Assembly (NCBI GenBank): GCA_013265495.1
Contig: MU058153.1
Span: forward strand, 1,428,001 to 1,492,000
DNA from: Vicugna vicugna
Taxonomy: Eukaryota
DNA length: 64,000 nucleotides
Direction of reading: 5' to 3'
A program made the position numbers and the translations under genes. Below are positions 39,585-54,240 of the stretch, piece after piece. Every line of letters starts with the position of its first letter. Position 1 is the first letter of the stretch. A model generated the notes under the pieces. That model was not told the DNA's origin. It worked only from the letters and a program-made list of their open reading frames with translations, and did no database searches.

Positions 39585-40140
39585 CCGTGTAATTAAGAGC
39601 TCAATCTTTGGAGTCAGTAGAACCTGGGCTTCAGTTCCGGCTCATGGCTTGGCTTTGGGAGTTTAGGCTCTCTCAGCCTTCATTCAGTTACCTACAAATT
39701 GGAAATCATGGTAATTCTTACCCTACAGGTTGTTCTGAAGGTTAAATGATAGAATGCGTACAAAGTGATTAGCATGATCCCCTGGAATTCGACAATGATC
39801 AATAATTTTAGCTGAAGAAATGATAAACTTTGGTTAAATAGTCAAAGTTAGAATTGTCTTTTGAGACCCTCAGAGACTGCCGTTGAGCAGGTGTTAGAAA
39901 CAGCTTCCTCCAGGTCAGATAGCTTTGTCTTAAGTCTTATTTCCTCTACTTATCAGCGGTGTGACCTTGAGCAAATGCCTTAGAACTCTCTGTGCCTCCG
40001 CTTCCGCATCTCTCAGATAAGGGTGTAAGTAGTATGTATCTTCTAGAGTTTCTCTGAGGCTTAAATGAGAGTATAAATTTAAAGTCCTTAGAGCAGTGTT
40101 TATCACTCAGAAGCGGATGGTTGTTAGCTCTCATTATTCA
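39585..40140 (+). mobile_element. Two adjacent MIR SINEs (about 39585-39812 and 39945-40140)
   Basis: ttaagagc...tttggagtcag...cctgggct; gtgtgaccttgagcaaatgccttagaactctctgtgcctccgcttccgcatct. Confidence 0.75.
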
Positions 40141-40554
40141 TTTACTTAATATTGTTAGATAAGGCATAACATGCATATCAGTTTTCTAAGTAACTGAACA
40201 TTACCTTTTGAAATACAAGCCCATTTTTTTTAACAATTAGAGTAATGAAAATTGCTCTAAAATTATACTTTAAATTCCCTTTCTTATTTTAAAATGAGTG
40301 CTAAGTGCTATTTCACATTTCTTTGGTAAGTCGGGAACTTTGTCATCATACTTTTGTTTCTTGTAGTGGATTATGGTCCATGAAGCTTTTCAAACTATTG
40401 ATGTTGGAGGATTGTTCTTACTGTAGGCTGCCGGACTGTTTCATTCTTTTCTCTGCTTTTAAAAAAATACTGTTTTTGCTTCCTTTCTGTCAAAAGATCA
40501 GCTGTTTGGGTCTTGTAGTCTCTATCTTAACTTTTCTAAATATCTGCATTAATT

Positions 40555-41260
40555 ACCTGATCAATATTTATTGAACACGCTATGTGCTATGCACTCTAAG
40601 GTATATTAGTGACCCAAACGAAACAGTCCTTTCTTAGAGTTTACTATTTAGCAGAGGTAAATATTGAAGACATAATGCCAGTTAACTGTTTAGTTCAAAT
40701 GTGATCTATGCCAAGACTGAGCAGTATCAATTGCTATCTTTAGGACCAAACCCTTTTGGCACGGGCTATAAGACAGGCCGTCATGGAAAACTGATCATCA
40801 AGTGGCAGTCTGAAAAGTGAGAGAGCATTAGCCCAGAAAAGAGAACAAACATTACAAGCAGATGCAACAGCATGTGTAAAGGTCTTGATTTTGGACAGGT
40901 CATGGCATTAAATGAGGCATTTTTTTGAAGTCCAGTATGGCTAGAGACTGCAAAAGAAAATCCAGGTTGGTGGTAGTATTGATGAGGATAGAAAGATAGC
41001 CAAGGGCTGGATCAAGCATGGTCTTCTAATGCATGCAAAAGATTTACGGGCTTAAAGATTTGATAGACAATGGTAAGCCATTAGAAAATTTATTCTTCTT
41101 GTTAATGTGACAGATTTTCATGTGAAGAATGACTTAGGAGTAGGAAAGATTGGAAGCAGAGACACCAGTTAGATTGCTGCTGTGGTGGTCCAGTCAAGAT
41201 GTGATGCAAGCTGTCCAACTTGTGTCTCCAATGGAAGTAAACAGTTTCTGAGAAATAAGA
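40555..41260 (-). mobile_element. L2 fragment
   Basis: caatatttattgaacacgctatgtgc...acagcatgtgtaaaggtcttga...caatggtaagccatta...ggaagcagagacaccagttag. Confidence 0.75.
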
Positions 41261-44200
41261 CCTAAAAGTTCTCTGTGAGAGGAAGGTTGATATTTAGTTT
41301 CTGGACTTGGAAAGATTCATTTTGGCTTGTTTACCTTCCACCTTGTTCTTGGCAATGCTCCAGAGGGTTACAGCTGATGAATAGTCTGTTTCCAAATGAG
41401 TGAAACTACATAGCAATAATCAAAATGAAATCGTATTTATATAATACTTAAAAACTGTCACGTATTGCATTTAATCAGCAAATTTTCATAGCAAGTGATT
41501 TTTACCCCCCACTGTCCTTACAAGACTGTGGTCTAAGTTGATGTACCTTAATGTATTGGCAATAGGAAATGTCTAACTCAATAAGCCATTGCACATAATA
41601 GAAAATTTCACTTGTCCTATCTTACAGAGAAAGTTGGAATTGAGTAGAAGTGGTCTTCCATTTCGTTCTTTGCATAATAGGGGAGATATAAAAATGTTGA
41701 CTCATGAGTTCTTGGTTATAGCCACGAGTGCTCTGACAAAAAATACAAAACTTTATATATTGAAATAAGATATTTACTTGACATCTATGCATACAAAATA
41801 TATGCCATGTGAAATATGAATTGTGTGAAGATTAAATATGTATACACAGAGCTGTGTTGTGTAGGGTCTTGAATGACATAGTTAGAAAAATTGGACATTC
41901 TATTTTGAACATCTATATAACCTATTCAGTACGGGAGAATCAAATGAGATCATTTAGACAAAGTGCTTGATTTAGCACTTAACACATAATATTTAATATA
42001 TTTAAAATTTGCATATATAGTTTAGATATAATTTTTTATCATACATTGACTATATGGTTTATTATAAATCATGAGTAGATAATTTGATATAAGATTACAT
42101 ACACAGATACAAATGTACATCTATGCACATACATACACTGTATTAGCTATTGATTATTACAACACAAATGGTTGCACAGTGATACTCAAAATAACATACA
42201 GCCTTATAGACATATTTGGTAAAATTAGTTTAGTTTTGCATTTGGGGGGGGTGGTTATTTATGTTCTGGGAAGTTACCATAACGCAGATGTTAAATGTTA
42301 GCCATGAAGATACGATTTCACATGAATTGAGATTCTGGCTCAGTTTCTATATCCTGCTTTCTCTCATTCACTCATTCATTTCTCTATTCATTATTTAAAC
42401 AGATATTTACTAGAACTCTACTCTCTGCCAACAACTATAACCTGTCCTTAAGAGTCTTACAGTCTTGTAAGGGAACAAGCATGAAAGCAAATAATTGCAA
42501 TAAAAATGATGTCAACAACATGTGGTACATCCTTTGACAGTAAGAACGTACCTACTCTCTTATAGATAACATATGGCTAATTATTTTGTACATATTTGTG
42601 GGTCATTAAAAAAATAGAGAATAGACGTTAAATAGAAACTTAAAGGAGTCTTTCTAAGTATCTATTTTTTATTCAGCTTCTTGTCTTCATCTACCACCTA
42701 CACGCCAAAGACGACCAAATGATTATCAGTCATTTCTATCGCTTTTTCTTACTCCGGAATCCTATTTTCATCCGACTTTTGGCAATCTGTAGGTAGATGT
42801 TCCATAGATATCTCAAATTCATTCTGCCTAAAACAAATTCATTATGCTCCTTCCTCTTACAAAAATGATTTCTCCTCCAACATGTTGAAACCCTGTTAAA
42901 TGTATCATCACCCACAAAATCACCTCACTGAAGTCTCCAAGTCCTGGTCAATGTTCATTCAGTGTCTGCCCTTGGCCAGTTGGTCATCAAGTCCTCCTCA
43001 TCCCCTGCCAATTTTCTTCCTCTCCCTTTTAGGTAAACACATGCCCCAAATTAACAGCATAAGAAAGCAATTTGCAAGTTGCTAGGCAGCAATAGTTGAA
43101 GGGAAATCTCAGAAAATCAAGCCAGTGACTTGGTTATTGTGTTATCACTATGTTGTTCCTTTTTCTGTGAGTTAAAAATGTTTATCTTTAACATGGAATA
43201 CTATTTTAAATTCTGTTGATCTGTGGACTTCAAAAGCATCCTCATACACATTTCCACATTGATATACTTGCTGAATTTCTCTTTCCTTCCCATCTCATAT
43301 TTTATGCTTCTAAGGGTAGTTCCAGCTATGAATCTTAGAGTCCTTTTCAAATGCCCGCCTGCTCAGGATTTGGATGGGAGACGCATACAGCAGTCCCTAT
43401 TTATGGAGAAGTATGTTATTCATTGATACTAGTCATTGAAAAGAAATAATCAACATCACGATGACGAACAATATCACAAGTTGTCCCTGACCATATTCTG
43501 AGTGTTCCTGAAATTTCCTTCTGGTCCATACTCTTTTAAGGGTCACTTATTAATTCATAAGTGTAAGTACAAAATTTTCTGGAACATAGTAGCTTCACAG
43601 GAAGTGGTGAATCCTATTGTCCCTTGAAGGGTTTTTTTGTTTTTTTTTTTTTAAATCTGTGAGCATATAGATTCCTAAACATCCCTGAATCTAGGGAAAT
43701 GTTTCTACATTTCTAAGGAAAGTAATTGGGAAAAGAACTATAACAGTTTTCTTCTTTGTCCTTTTTTTCATTTTTTGTGTGTTTTTAAATAGTTTGATAT
43801 CCTGGCAAATATGTGGGATGGTGTTAATATAAACTATAGGTTAAAATGGAATGTTTACCTATGTCTTTAAATCTGGAGTTATAAATGGAATAGTGCCACG
43901 GATACAGAGGAAAAGGCTGCTTGGAGGGGAGGAATTGATAAAGAAGGTAATTCCTCCTTGAAGAGGTAGAAAAACAGAAGGTTAAATTTGCTTGGAATAT
44001 TTCTTGAGTAAATGGCATTACTACTCCCTGAGTTCCCAAGCGACGACTTTTCCCCTCTCTTTTTGAAAGAATGGAAACTTTGATGTGCCTTCATAGCTCA
44101 TATCTCTTTTGGCCTGCGCGTCCTGACCTGCTATGATGACCCAGCTCTGTCAGCAAACACGAGGGTCGTGGTTAGATACCTATTTATTGGTCCTTAGCTA

Positions 44201-44999
44201 TAATTGGCTTTGCTGAGCAAACAGCTTTTGAGCAGCCACCCTCAAACAGACCATTTCCCAGGATGCCAAGGGGAACCTGACAGTGGAACTTACTGCATCC
44301 TTTATCTATGTGTTATCTTATTGATGATATGGAGGAAGGAAAAACTGGACCAAAGGGAGAACCTGTGATTCACAAATACAGACCTCTCAGGTGCAGACGA
44401 GAGGCGTATATCCGAGAGGAAGATTTGTGAGTCTGATCTCACACAAGCAAAGGAGCACTGTTATCACTTGCTTGTAATTCATGGTGGGGCGCTTTGGAAA
44501 CATACCACTGCTCGTCGCTGCGGTGCATGTGCTGTGCTTTCGGTAAACCAGATGAATGTGGGATTATTTGTATAGCATGGCGCTCAGCGTGGAAGCAAAG
44601 GGAAAGTTTATTACTTGTTTTCTCCCCTCCCCCGAGAGGGATTTGTTTCACTGTGAAGTCAGACTCATAAAAAGGCTGCAAGTCACGATCGATGCCGTAG
44701 CTTCCTTGGAATGAAGTCCAAACTATAGTCTATTCCGCTTTGCCAGTTTGTCTGGAAGCCACACAAATATGGGCAAATACGGGGATCAGAATTCAATTAG
44801 ATTTGCCCCAGCGGAAGAATGAACTGCTTCACATTTGGAGGTTGCTCAGTAAATATCATAGCCTTTCTGATACTGCCTAGTTGAGATGCTCTAATAGGAA
44901 GGACTTGATTTAGAAGAGACGATTGAAGGAGAGCAGAGGGATGAGCTGTGAGATGGATGCGAGTTAATGGAAAGAGAAAGGGCTTTTGGCCCAGCCTGG

Positions 45000-45190
45000 G
45001 CATTCTAGAGTCAGAAAGACTTGGGTTCGAATCCTCCTTCCTCTTCTCTCCGCCTCAGTTTCCTCTTTTGCAAAACAGCGCTCATAAACCTATGGTGCAG
45101 ATTGCTCTCTGGATTAAATGCGGTAACAGATGACTCATCATTTCCTCGTTTCCTGGCAGGTGGCAGGTCTACCCTGAGTGGTAGTTCTTG
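45000..45190 (+). mobile_element. MIR SINE
   Basis: tctagagtcagaaagacttgggttcgaatcc...gcctcagtttcctcttttgcaaaa. Confidence 0.7.
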
Positions 45191-48100
45191 GAGCCTATCT
45201 TTACATTTTCTTTTTAATTAAAAATCCATGTTCTATTTCAGGTTTCTTATATTTTAAATAACCCTGCTTAGCAATCTATGATATTTTATGGTACTTTTTT
45301 TCCCCCTTAGTATTCTTATGCTCTTTCCTTCTCTTTTTAGCACCCATTGTTTCTATAGTTTATGTAACCCTCTGCTCTCAACAAGGAATAATTGACTCGA
45401 GAATGCAGGAAAATGATTGTGCTTTCAAATGAGAAGTTGCAAACCCTCTATCAGCCTAAGAATTTACATCTTTCTCCTCCGTCCTCTAAGCTCTATGACT
45501 TTTTGAACCAGATAGGTCCATCAGTATTTTGGGCCGAATAGCGTCAGTGATAAATGCATTGACCTAATTCTAACTTTGCAGAATAGCTGTATTTGGAGGA
45601 AGAGAGACTAGAGATGCAGGCAGGCTGAAAACTGTCATCATCATAATCATCATCTTCAAAGAGCATCACCTGCTTACGAAGATGAAAAGAGATAAACATA
45701 GGGTGACCTTTACAGGGTCTGATAATCCCTTGGGAGGAGGGAGAGGCGCGATCATTGATTTACCACTTATTTAAATGATACTTAATTTTAAAATCAGTTT
45801 CATCTGCCAGAGATCTCCACCATAAAAATTCCATACCTCTCCATCCCCGTTTCTGCAGTCGGCTCATTTGCACTGTGTGTCCTCTGCCTAGCCTCTTTTT
45901 TGCAGAGGTGGACACTCTTGATGTGCGTTGCTAGGCTCTCAGTGCACTGTGTTGCCACGTTAATTTTATGTTATGGCACCAGATGGGCGATGACAGAGAA
46001 TAACAGCCTTTGCGACCTCACCTTTCAGGAATGGTGGATGTGAGATTCAGTTAATAAATGATGTAAGAGCTCCTTGAATCCTGAGATAAAAGGCTGTGTA
46101 AAATCTGAGAATTGCTATTTCCCTAGTTCTAAATCAGTATCTTTTGAGCTAATGGGCATTTAAATAGCTATTCAAATGCAATATGTGCTCTGTGTGTGTG
46201 TGTGTGTGTGTGTGTACATATATGTGAAACAGCTACATCCCAGTCCTGGAAAGGAATTTAGGCTGACCCTTCATGTTATATCCTTAAGAACTGAGGCTCA
46301 GAAATGAATTTTCCCAAGATCATAGAGCTTATTAGGGCTAGCGACCAAACTAGAACCCGAATTTCTTAGACCCACTGCTCTGTGCAACATACAAGACGGC
46401 CTCACTCTAGGTGTTCTATATAGACTCCGTGAAATCTGACCAAGAGCTAAGGAGAAATGGTCTGTAACTGGCCTTAAACCATTTTCAAATATAAGCAGGA
46501 TGATTACTGCTACATGCAAGGTTGTAAATGACTTTCCATCCCATTGGGCATAGGGGAAGATATAAGCTTGGAGCTAACTCTGTACTAGGGAAATATTGCT
46601 GGCAACAATCCACGTCATTTGCCAGGGCAGCAACCACCTTCCACAACTGAGTGGAGTTTAATGCATTTTTGTGGTGGAGTTGAGGCATTGCAGAAAATTG
46701 CTCACGGCAAGTACACAGAGTTTTCTTTTGTTTTGTTCTGTTGTGTGTATCAGGACAAAAGAAAGAGTTAATTTATTGGCCTAATATTGATCCAGCCTAA
46801 ATTCGTTTGCTGATAGGGATGGGATAGTAGTCTGAGTCCTAATGGAATGAGCTCTGGACTGTGAATCAGGTGCCTTGAGATTAGATGCCCAAGCCAGCAT
46901 TTCTCTTACTAACTCTATCATTTCTGCCGAATCACTGAACTTCTCCGAGTCTCGTGGCATTTGTTTTAAAAATGGAATGAGTAACTTCTAGGTCATGTAG
47001 TTTGTTTCTGGATGACGGGGAGACAAAAGGGGTTAGACCGTGTTCTCTAGGAGAAGTAACTGTTTAGTTTGGTGGATATGACGCAAATACCGTGTCAGAA
47101 CTGGCTGTGCTCTTCAATTCTCCTAACTGCATCTGGGACTATTTTCCGGGACTATTTTCCCAAAACTATAATGCTTAAGCGAAGACTTAAAGGAGTAGAG
47201 CGATTAGCCAGGAGAGGAAGACTGACGGAAGACAGTGAGATCTTTGCTTTTTGTCCCAGGCCATTTTGATCTGTCACTCTAGCACTGCTGGACCATAAAA
47301 CATTATGCCTTCAGGTGGCCCTTTAAATAACAACTGAGAGAACATAGCAAAGAACGAGGGAGACTCTATCATTAGAATTCAGAGAAGTGGTAGCAAAGGA
47401 AGGACCACTTGTCCATGGGGAGTCAGAAAGATGTCTTGAGACCAAAATGACAGGAATTTACTAAATACTTACTCCATGCAGGCTAAGCATTTTTACATCT
47501 GTTACCCTGTTTAATCTCAACAACAACAACAAAAAAATCTGTAGGTAAAAATTATTATTTATTTTAAATTTTAGCGATGAATTAATAAATATAGGCTCAT
47601 AGGAAAGTAGGTTATTTTTTCAAATACATCTGGAAAATGAGTAAAAGTATTGTACGAAGAATCAGGTTTATCGGAGTCAAAGATCATGGTCTTTAGGCTG
47701 TGGTGCCTTGTCTTTATAAATTGTGTTTGTCACATGGCATTTATTATGGGCGCTACAAGTCTTGAAACATGGAAGTTGCAGAAAGCTGAAAAAAAATAGG
47801 CAAATAGGAAAGGATTGGATTTGGGGGACCAAGACATCAATAGATGAAAGGTTATTAAATAAAACTCACATTGTGGGGTGGAGATTTATACACACATGTT
47901 GAAAGATACAGAGGCTAAATGGAACTGAAATTATATATAACCCAGATCAACATTCTATAATAAGGATTTTAATAAATGTGAAGGCTATTGAGTATTTGGC
48001 AGCCTCTGAAGAATAAAAAGCTATTGGATTTCGAAAGTCATCTCATGGGAAATATTGGAAGCTGAATCACTTGAGGGATGTAAAGCTAAATTGGATAAAA

Positions 48101-49179
48101 CATATCTCATCTCCAAAATGATCTCTCTGTGTAAAATGCATGTCCAAACACACAAAACTACTTTTAATTTTTACAAACTGCATGTCTCAGTGTATTGAAA
48201 TAATGGATTTACTCTAAGTAAGAAAAAAACCTAGAAGAGAAAACCTTTCTAAAAAGGAGTTTGCAGGTAGAAAAACATTTGTAAAATAAGTTTCAGAAAC
48301 TGAAGGCGCCTTCCAGTTGGATGGAAAACATGCAGTCATTTAAAAATAATTAGTTTTGCAAAGGGATACATGAATGGAAGGTCTTGGAAAGGAAGCAAAG
48401 AATTAATTTCCCAAAAGGCACCGCAGATAAAATTGTGGTTGGCACATTTCATTCTGCAGACACCCCTCTTATTGGTATCTTGTCTGTTCTCTTGGGTGCC
48501 ATTTTGGAATAGTGTGTGCTCTAATGATTTTGTCCAATCATGCAAATGAGAAAGGCACCTTTCAGAAACATCACCCTGGACAGACACGCTGAGCCCAGCC
48601 ATGGTTGGTCCCTTCTTAAAGGATCTGAAAAGAAATGGCAGAAGTGGTTGCCTAGACCTTTATTAAGTGGGAGTTTTTGGCTCTTATCTGGCGTAATCCC
48701 CCTGGATTCTCCTTGTTCAACAATGGAAGAGAAGATCATGAGATTGGAAGGAGCCATTCAACTGGCCTGATGTTTTGTGTTTGTCTGCTCTGAGTCCCTG
48801 GGTCACGTTAGCACTCATCCTTTCCTGCCCTATACGTATTTAAGTGTTGGTGTTCTTTCTCATACCTTTTTTTTTTTAAGATTGCTCAACGTATTTCATC
48901 TCTTGCATCCCACCTACTTCAGGCCTCACTTGCTTCTCTAATGACATGATATTATGTGATGCTATTTTCGCCGTTTTAACTGGTACCCATGGAACTCAGT
49001 GGAATCTATCATGATTTCCCCATTGCAAACATGATAAAGGATGGACTCATGATCCAGCCACTCAGAGTCCTTTCTAATATGGAAACAGTCTATATTTCTA
49101 ACCTTTTCTTATAGTATCTTATATTTTCTTTTCTTTTTTTAATTTCTTCATCTTTTCCTGTATATGGCTTTGCTCTGTC

Positions 49180-49530
49180 AGGCTGGTGACTGACCACTCA
49201 CTATTCCTGAACCTTGGTTCATGCTTGCCCACTTTCTAGGTTTTGCTTAAACTGTTCCTTCTGCCTTTATCACCATCTCTCATATTCCTTGTTTTCCTTC
49301 TGTTCTGTTTACATTACCTACCTATTGAAACTTTACTGTCACCTCCTAAGAAGGGGACTTGATCTTCCTTGGTAAGCCCGGTCCCTCTGTCCTTGAAGCC
49401 TGAATAGCATTTGCCTGGCATCTTCCCTGTGTGCTCATCTTAATCCACGATGGGACTCATTGTGGTAACTGAAGTTTCTGTTGTAGGGATTTTTAACATG
49501 GAAGGTGATGGATAAATATTTACTGAATGT
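49180..49530 (+). mobile_element. L2 3' region
   Basis: ttttgcttaaactgttccttctgcc...tgtcacctcct...ataaatatttactgaatg. Confidence 0.55.
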
Positions 49531-50389
49531 ACAGGGATTATATCTTTGAAATCCATTGCTTTTCTTCATTGCTTAAGTGAAAACTGAATTCAGAAGCAAT
49601 CTAAATGCCTAGAGGTAGAAGAAAGGCATAAATGTGTTATAACACATCCATATGTGGACTGAGAGGCAGTCATTAAAACAAGGTTTCCAAAGAACTCTTA
49701 ATGCCATGGGAAAATGATTATTATATACTGTAAATTTTTGACGTCCGCAGGAAATCCTTCCTGTTCCCTTCAAAGGTGTCTACATTTTTACTAATAGTAT
49801 AAAATAATAGTAGCTAACACTTACTGGTTATTTGCAGTGTGCCAGGACATCTTCAGTTGCCCTGAATCTTATTTAATATATAAAAATATACCAAGGCTCA
49901 AAGCAGTTGAATGTTTCCCAAAACCAAGCACTTCAAATGAAGCAATGGTGGTTAAGAGGGAGAGAGACTAAAATCAGAATGCCTGAATCTGAGCCATTGC
50001 TTCATCACTTGTAAATTACTGGCTCTCACTATGCATTTGATGTATTAACTATAGAACAGAGATAATGATAGTTGTGAGGATCAAATGAGATAGAGGTACA
50101 GTGCTTGGCACAGCACCAGGGGCATAGAAAGCTCTAGTAAAAATGAGCCATTTGTGTATCAGGGCTAGTACCATGCCTGGCGAAATACGTATCTGCAGAT
50201 TGGGTGGAGGGAACCCAAGTCTGACTGGTGCTCTTCTCCCAATGACAGCCTCGCCATTAACACAAGTTATCACATACACAGCAGTGAGGACAGAGCAGAA
50301 AAGCCACACAGGTTCAGATTATGGGTACTCTAATAGACTCATTCATCAGCTGAAATTATTCACAGCCCCTGAATGATTCAGCTTTATAT

Positions 50390-50660
50390 CTTAGAAAATA
50401 CAAATCATTACAGGGCAGGGCAATTCAAAATAAAGTAACAACAGTTGCACACATGAATGCCAAGGACTATTGTAGTGGTAAGAGAGGAAAGCTGGAAGTC
50501 AATTAGAGATACATAGAATTAAGTGTGTATTTAGAAATAGGGGTGGAAGGAGACTGAAAAGAACTAAGAAATATGCCAAAATGTTGACAGGGATTGTGTT
50601 GGGATTAAACGATTATGTGTGCTTTCTTTTTTTAAGTATTTTTATTTAAATATAGTGTGC
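50390..50660 (+). mobile_element. Ancient L1 (L1ME-like) 3'UTR fragment
   Basis: aagaaatatgccaaaatgttgacagggattg...gattatgtgtgctttc. Confidence 0.5.
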
Positions 50661-51409
50661 CTGTTTTAATGTTCTATGAAGTTCCAGTTTGTTTAGAGTA
50701 AGGAAAATATAATAAAAATTAACTCAGTCCTCTAAATTCTAAAAAAAATAAGTTCATTCGCTGCAGATCTAGATCTTTTTTAGTTTAGCTGCAAGTTGAA
50801 AGCTGTTTCTTTGGCTAATAATTTGGATTTTTAATATGAATCAAATGATCCTGTATAGTATTGGCAATAATGCATTAGAGTTTCAAGAGTACTTGTGTCC
50901 GTTGCAAGGTCACCCAGGGGGTAGTGATCTCTCACACTTAGGCCTTCATTCCAATGAGCATAATTAGGAATTAAAAAATGAATTTTACAAGGCAAATGCA
51001 CATCTAAACTATAAAATGAAACAGATGGACTGATGGCCCCCATCCACCAGGAATCTGTATGGATGCACCATAGTGTGGTGTGGATATGGAAAACCGATTC
51101 AATGCTCAGCTCTTAACACTTTTATGATGGTTAACAATTTTTGGCAGGCTTAGGAGTTGACAGGCCTTTCTGCCATAAATCTTGACGCATTTCAGTGATT
51201 CTCATTCTAGCACAGAAAGACAGGTGATTACAGGAAACTGTCATCTTAAAAGATTTAACGTTCAGAGGTATTTGGACAATTACAAGCAACGTATAAAGTA
51301 GCCCTGGTGAAATGCAGCGGAGGGTGATTTGGCATGCTGAAACTCCCTCAGAGGAGGCGCCATGCGACTCTTCTCTTATTGCGGACTTTATTGAGGGGAA
51401 TAATGAATG

Positions 51410-52150
51410 GTTATTCATTAATTCATGTATTCCCTCCACAGATATTTCTTGAATATCTACAATGGACCAAGTACTATTCTAGGCACTGGGAATAAAGCAG
51501 TGAACAAAACAGACAAAAGTCCTGGCTCTTTTGGAGCTTAACAATTTAGGATATACATGGCTGGGTTGGTCGAGGGGAGTACAAAAGTAAACAAATATAT
51601 AAAATATGTATGCATCTAAAGCCACATTGCCTTATAGAAATTTCTTTACTGGCAGAAAGTTTTTATAGCTGTACTGTCCAGTATAATAGCCACTGGCTAC
51701 ATATGGAGGTTAGACCCAGGAAATAACCCTAGTGTGACTGAAGGACCAAATTTTAAATCTTTTGTCATTGTAACTAATTTAAATATAAACCTAGAAAACC
51801 ACATGGGGATAGTAGCTACCATATTGGAGAGCAAAGGTCTAGATAGTTTAGAGATGACGTGGAGGGGTGGGCAGGGTGTAGAGGAGTGATTGCAGTTATA
51901 AACAGCGTGGTCAGAAAAGACATCTCAAGGAGATTTTGAGTGGGGAAAAAAAAAAGGTGAGAGAACAAGCCATGCAGGTAGTTAGAGGGAGATGTTCCCA
52001 GGCAGAGAAACTTGGAGGTGCAGAGATCTTGAGGCGGTTGCCATGTGGCTTGGAAGAGGAATGACATGGAGGCCAGTGTGGATGCAACAGAGAGAGTGTG
52101 TGGACAAGTAGGGGATGGGACTCAAAGGGCCGTGGAGCCATGGCGAGGAA
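51410..52150 (-). mobile_element. L2 interrupted by a MER3-like MITE (about 51620-51840)
   Basis: L2: ttctaggcactgggaataaagcagtgaacaaaacagacaaaagtcctgg. MER3: ctgtccagtataatagccactggctacatatgg...gctaccatattgga. Confidence 0.8.
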
Positions 52151-53089
52151 TCAGGACCTCTACCCTAGGTTTAATTTTATATATACCTACATAAAATTAT
52201 ATATATAATAAGATATATATCTATATATAATATATCCACGATAAATATCTATTAAAATATATATATAATTAGTCCCAAAGTTTATGATTCAAAATCCACA
52301 AGAGCCCCTTAGTTACTCTAAAGTCCTTTGCTGACCTGCCGGTCAGCTAGAATATTTTATCAGGCCCCATTGTTATTTCATAATTGAGTCTAGAATTTCA
52401 AATATTCGGTGGTTCTCCAAGTAGCTCTTGGACATGCATTTCCCCACCATCCTGAGTGATATTTATAACCACAACCCTCTTTAATCTTCTCTTGACCTTA
52501 GCAAATTTGTTGTTCTCTTTTCTTGGGATTGATTGAGTTTATCTGTAAAATTCAAATCTAGTGGTAACACGATGGAGAAGGAAATATGCCAATTTTTATA
52601 GGCAGACAATCCTGTGAAATTAGTGAGAATTATATAGATAACGGTGCGGAAGGAGATCCGAATGCAAAACGTGTTAGAATTTAGAGCTTTTAGTGACGTG
52701 AAACTGCACAGAACGTTAAGGAGATTGTGGGTATTTAGACTCGTCTTGAATTTCACCTCACTGAAGTATCTGTCCCATCTGAAAACTCAACACATATGGA
52801 CACTTGGCTTTCATAAACGTTTATCTTTGATTTAGGCTTTACCTTTGACTGTATTTTTCAAAGACCCTAATTGCTTTGTAAGGGTAGTTATAATGCTCTC
52901 TTTCCAAAGTTTATTTTTAATAAAACAATATGTATATGCAAGGCCATATTCTTCTTCAGTTAAAACGTCAGTATTTTAGAATTGCTGCCTTTTTAATTCA
53001 TTTTCTTATTTGAATTATTTAGCTCGCTATTTATGTCATGAATTCATTGTCCTTGTATAAAGAGAGATGAGAAAAGATGCAAAAAGGCA

Positions 53090-53820
53090 TTAACATTATT
53101 TGAGTGCCCACCATGTGCCAGGGTCTGTAAAAATAATACTGCTATCATTATTGAGTGACAATAAATTTATTGTAGGGACAAAAAAATGAAGAATGTTATC
53201 ATTGTTTCCTTATACATATATACTGTGTGCTGTTTATCTTGTTTAGTTTGTATCTCAGAGTTGCAAAGTAGCTGGAATTTTTATTTTAAAGAGAAGAAAA
53301 TAAGGAGGTACAAAAAAAATTTGCCAAAACACACACATTCCTTGGGCGTAATAGAACCAGGACTCAACCCAGACCTTTTAAAACTATACAATCTGTGTTC
53401 CTTCCATCGTTTTCTCTCTCTTCAATTATAACTTATTAATAGTTGCAAAATAATATTTTTACATCCTGGCTTTGCTATTTACTAGCTGTATTTACTATTT
53501 CTTACAAAAGTTACTTATTCTCAATAAGCCTTAGTTTCCTTTTCTATAAAATGGATTTTTTTTTGTATTCAGTTAAGATTTATTTAGGTAATTGATGTAG
53601 GCACTTGATATAATACACTGATTATTTTCTTAAGCATTTTTTTAATATTTATACTTCACTTCTTTTAAAAATGAAATACTTTAAAAATGAATTAAAATGC
53701 GGATATGTATTAATATTAAATGTTACACAGTTACTATATTATGTGAGATAATCCATGTAAACACACAATAAAGGGCTTAGAATGGAGTAATCACTCATAA
53801 ATGCTAGTGATCATTAATCA
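53090..53820. mobile_element. Degenerate MIR pair (minus about 53090-53410, plus about 53460-53820)
   Basis: ttgagtgcccaccatgtgccagg; gaaccaggactcaacccagacc; ccttagtttccttttctataaaatgg. Confidence 0.6.
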
Positions 53821-54240
53821 TTTTATCCAAGTTTCTGCATATGTAAGTAGGAGATGGAAGACTTAGATTTTCTAAACCTTGAGCTTCTTCAGTCTTTCCA
53901 ACCACACCCCTCTTAAATTTTGCTCTTCCATAATTTACAGATTATGTGCAACCAGATACCATTATTAATGAGCTAACAGGAAAATTGATTAACCTCCTAA
54001 TGACTTCCTTCCCCAGAACTGAAAATGATCCTGGATTTCCTCAGATGCTCTGTGATTGCTGCTGTCTGCCTGTGATCAGTGTTTTCAGCAAAGATTGACT
54101 TTGGCATCTGCTTGCCCATCTCTGCACTCCTCGGCCCTCTGAAGAACTCGAGGTCTCCCCACCACCGGGGTGGCCTGTGACAGCTCTGTTCCCCGGTGCC
54201 GAGGAGGGACATTCAGAGGCATGTTGCTGATACGATTTGT

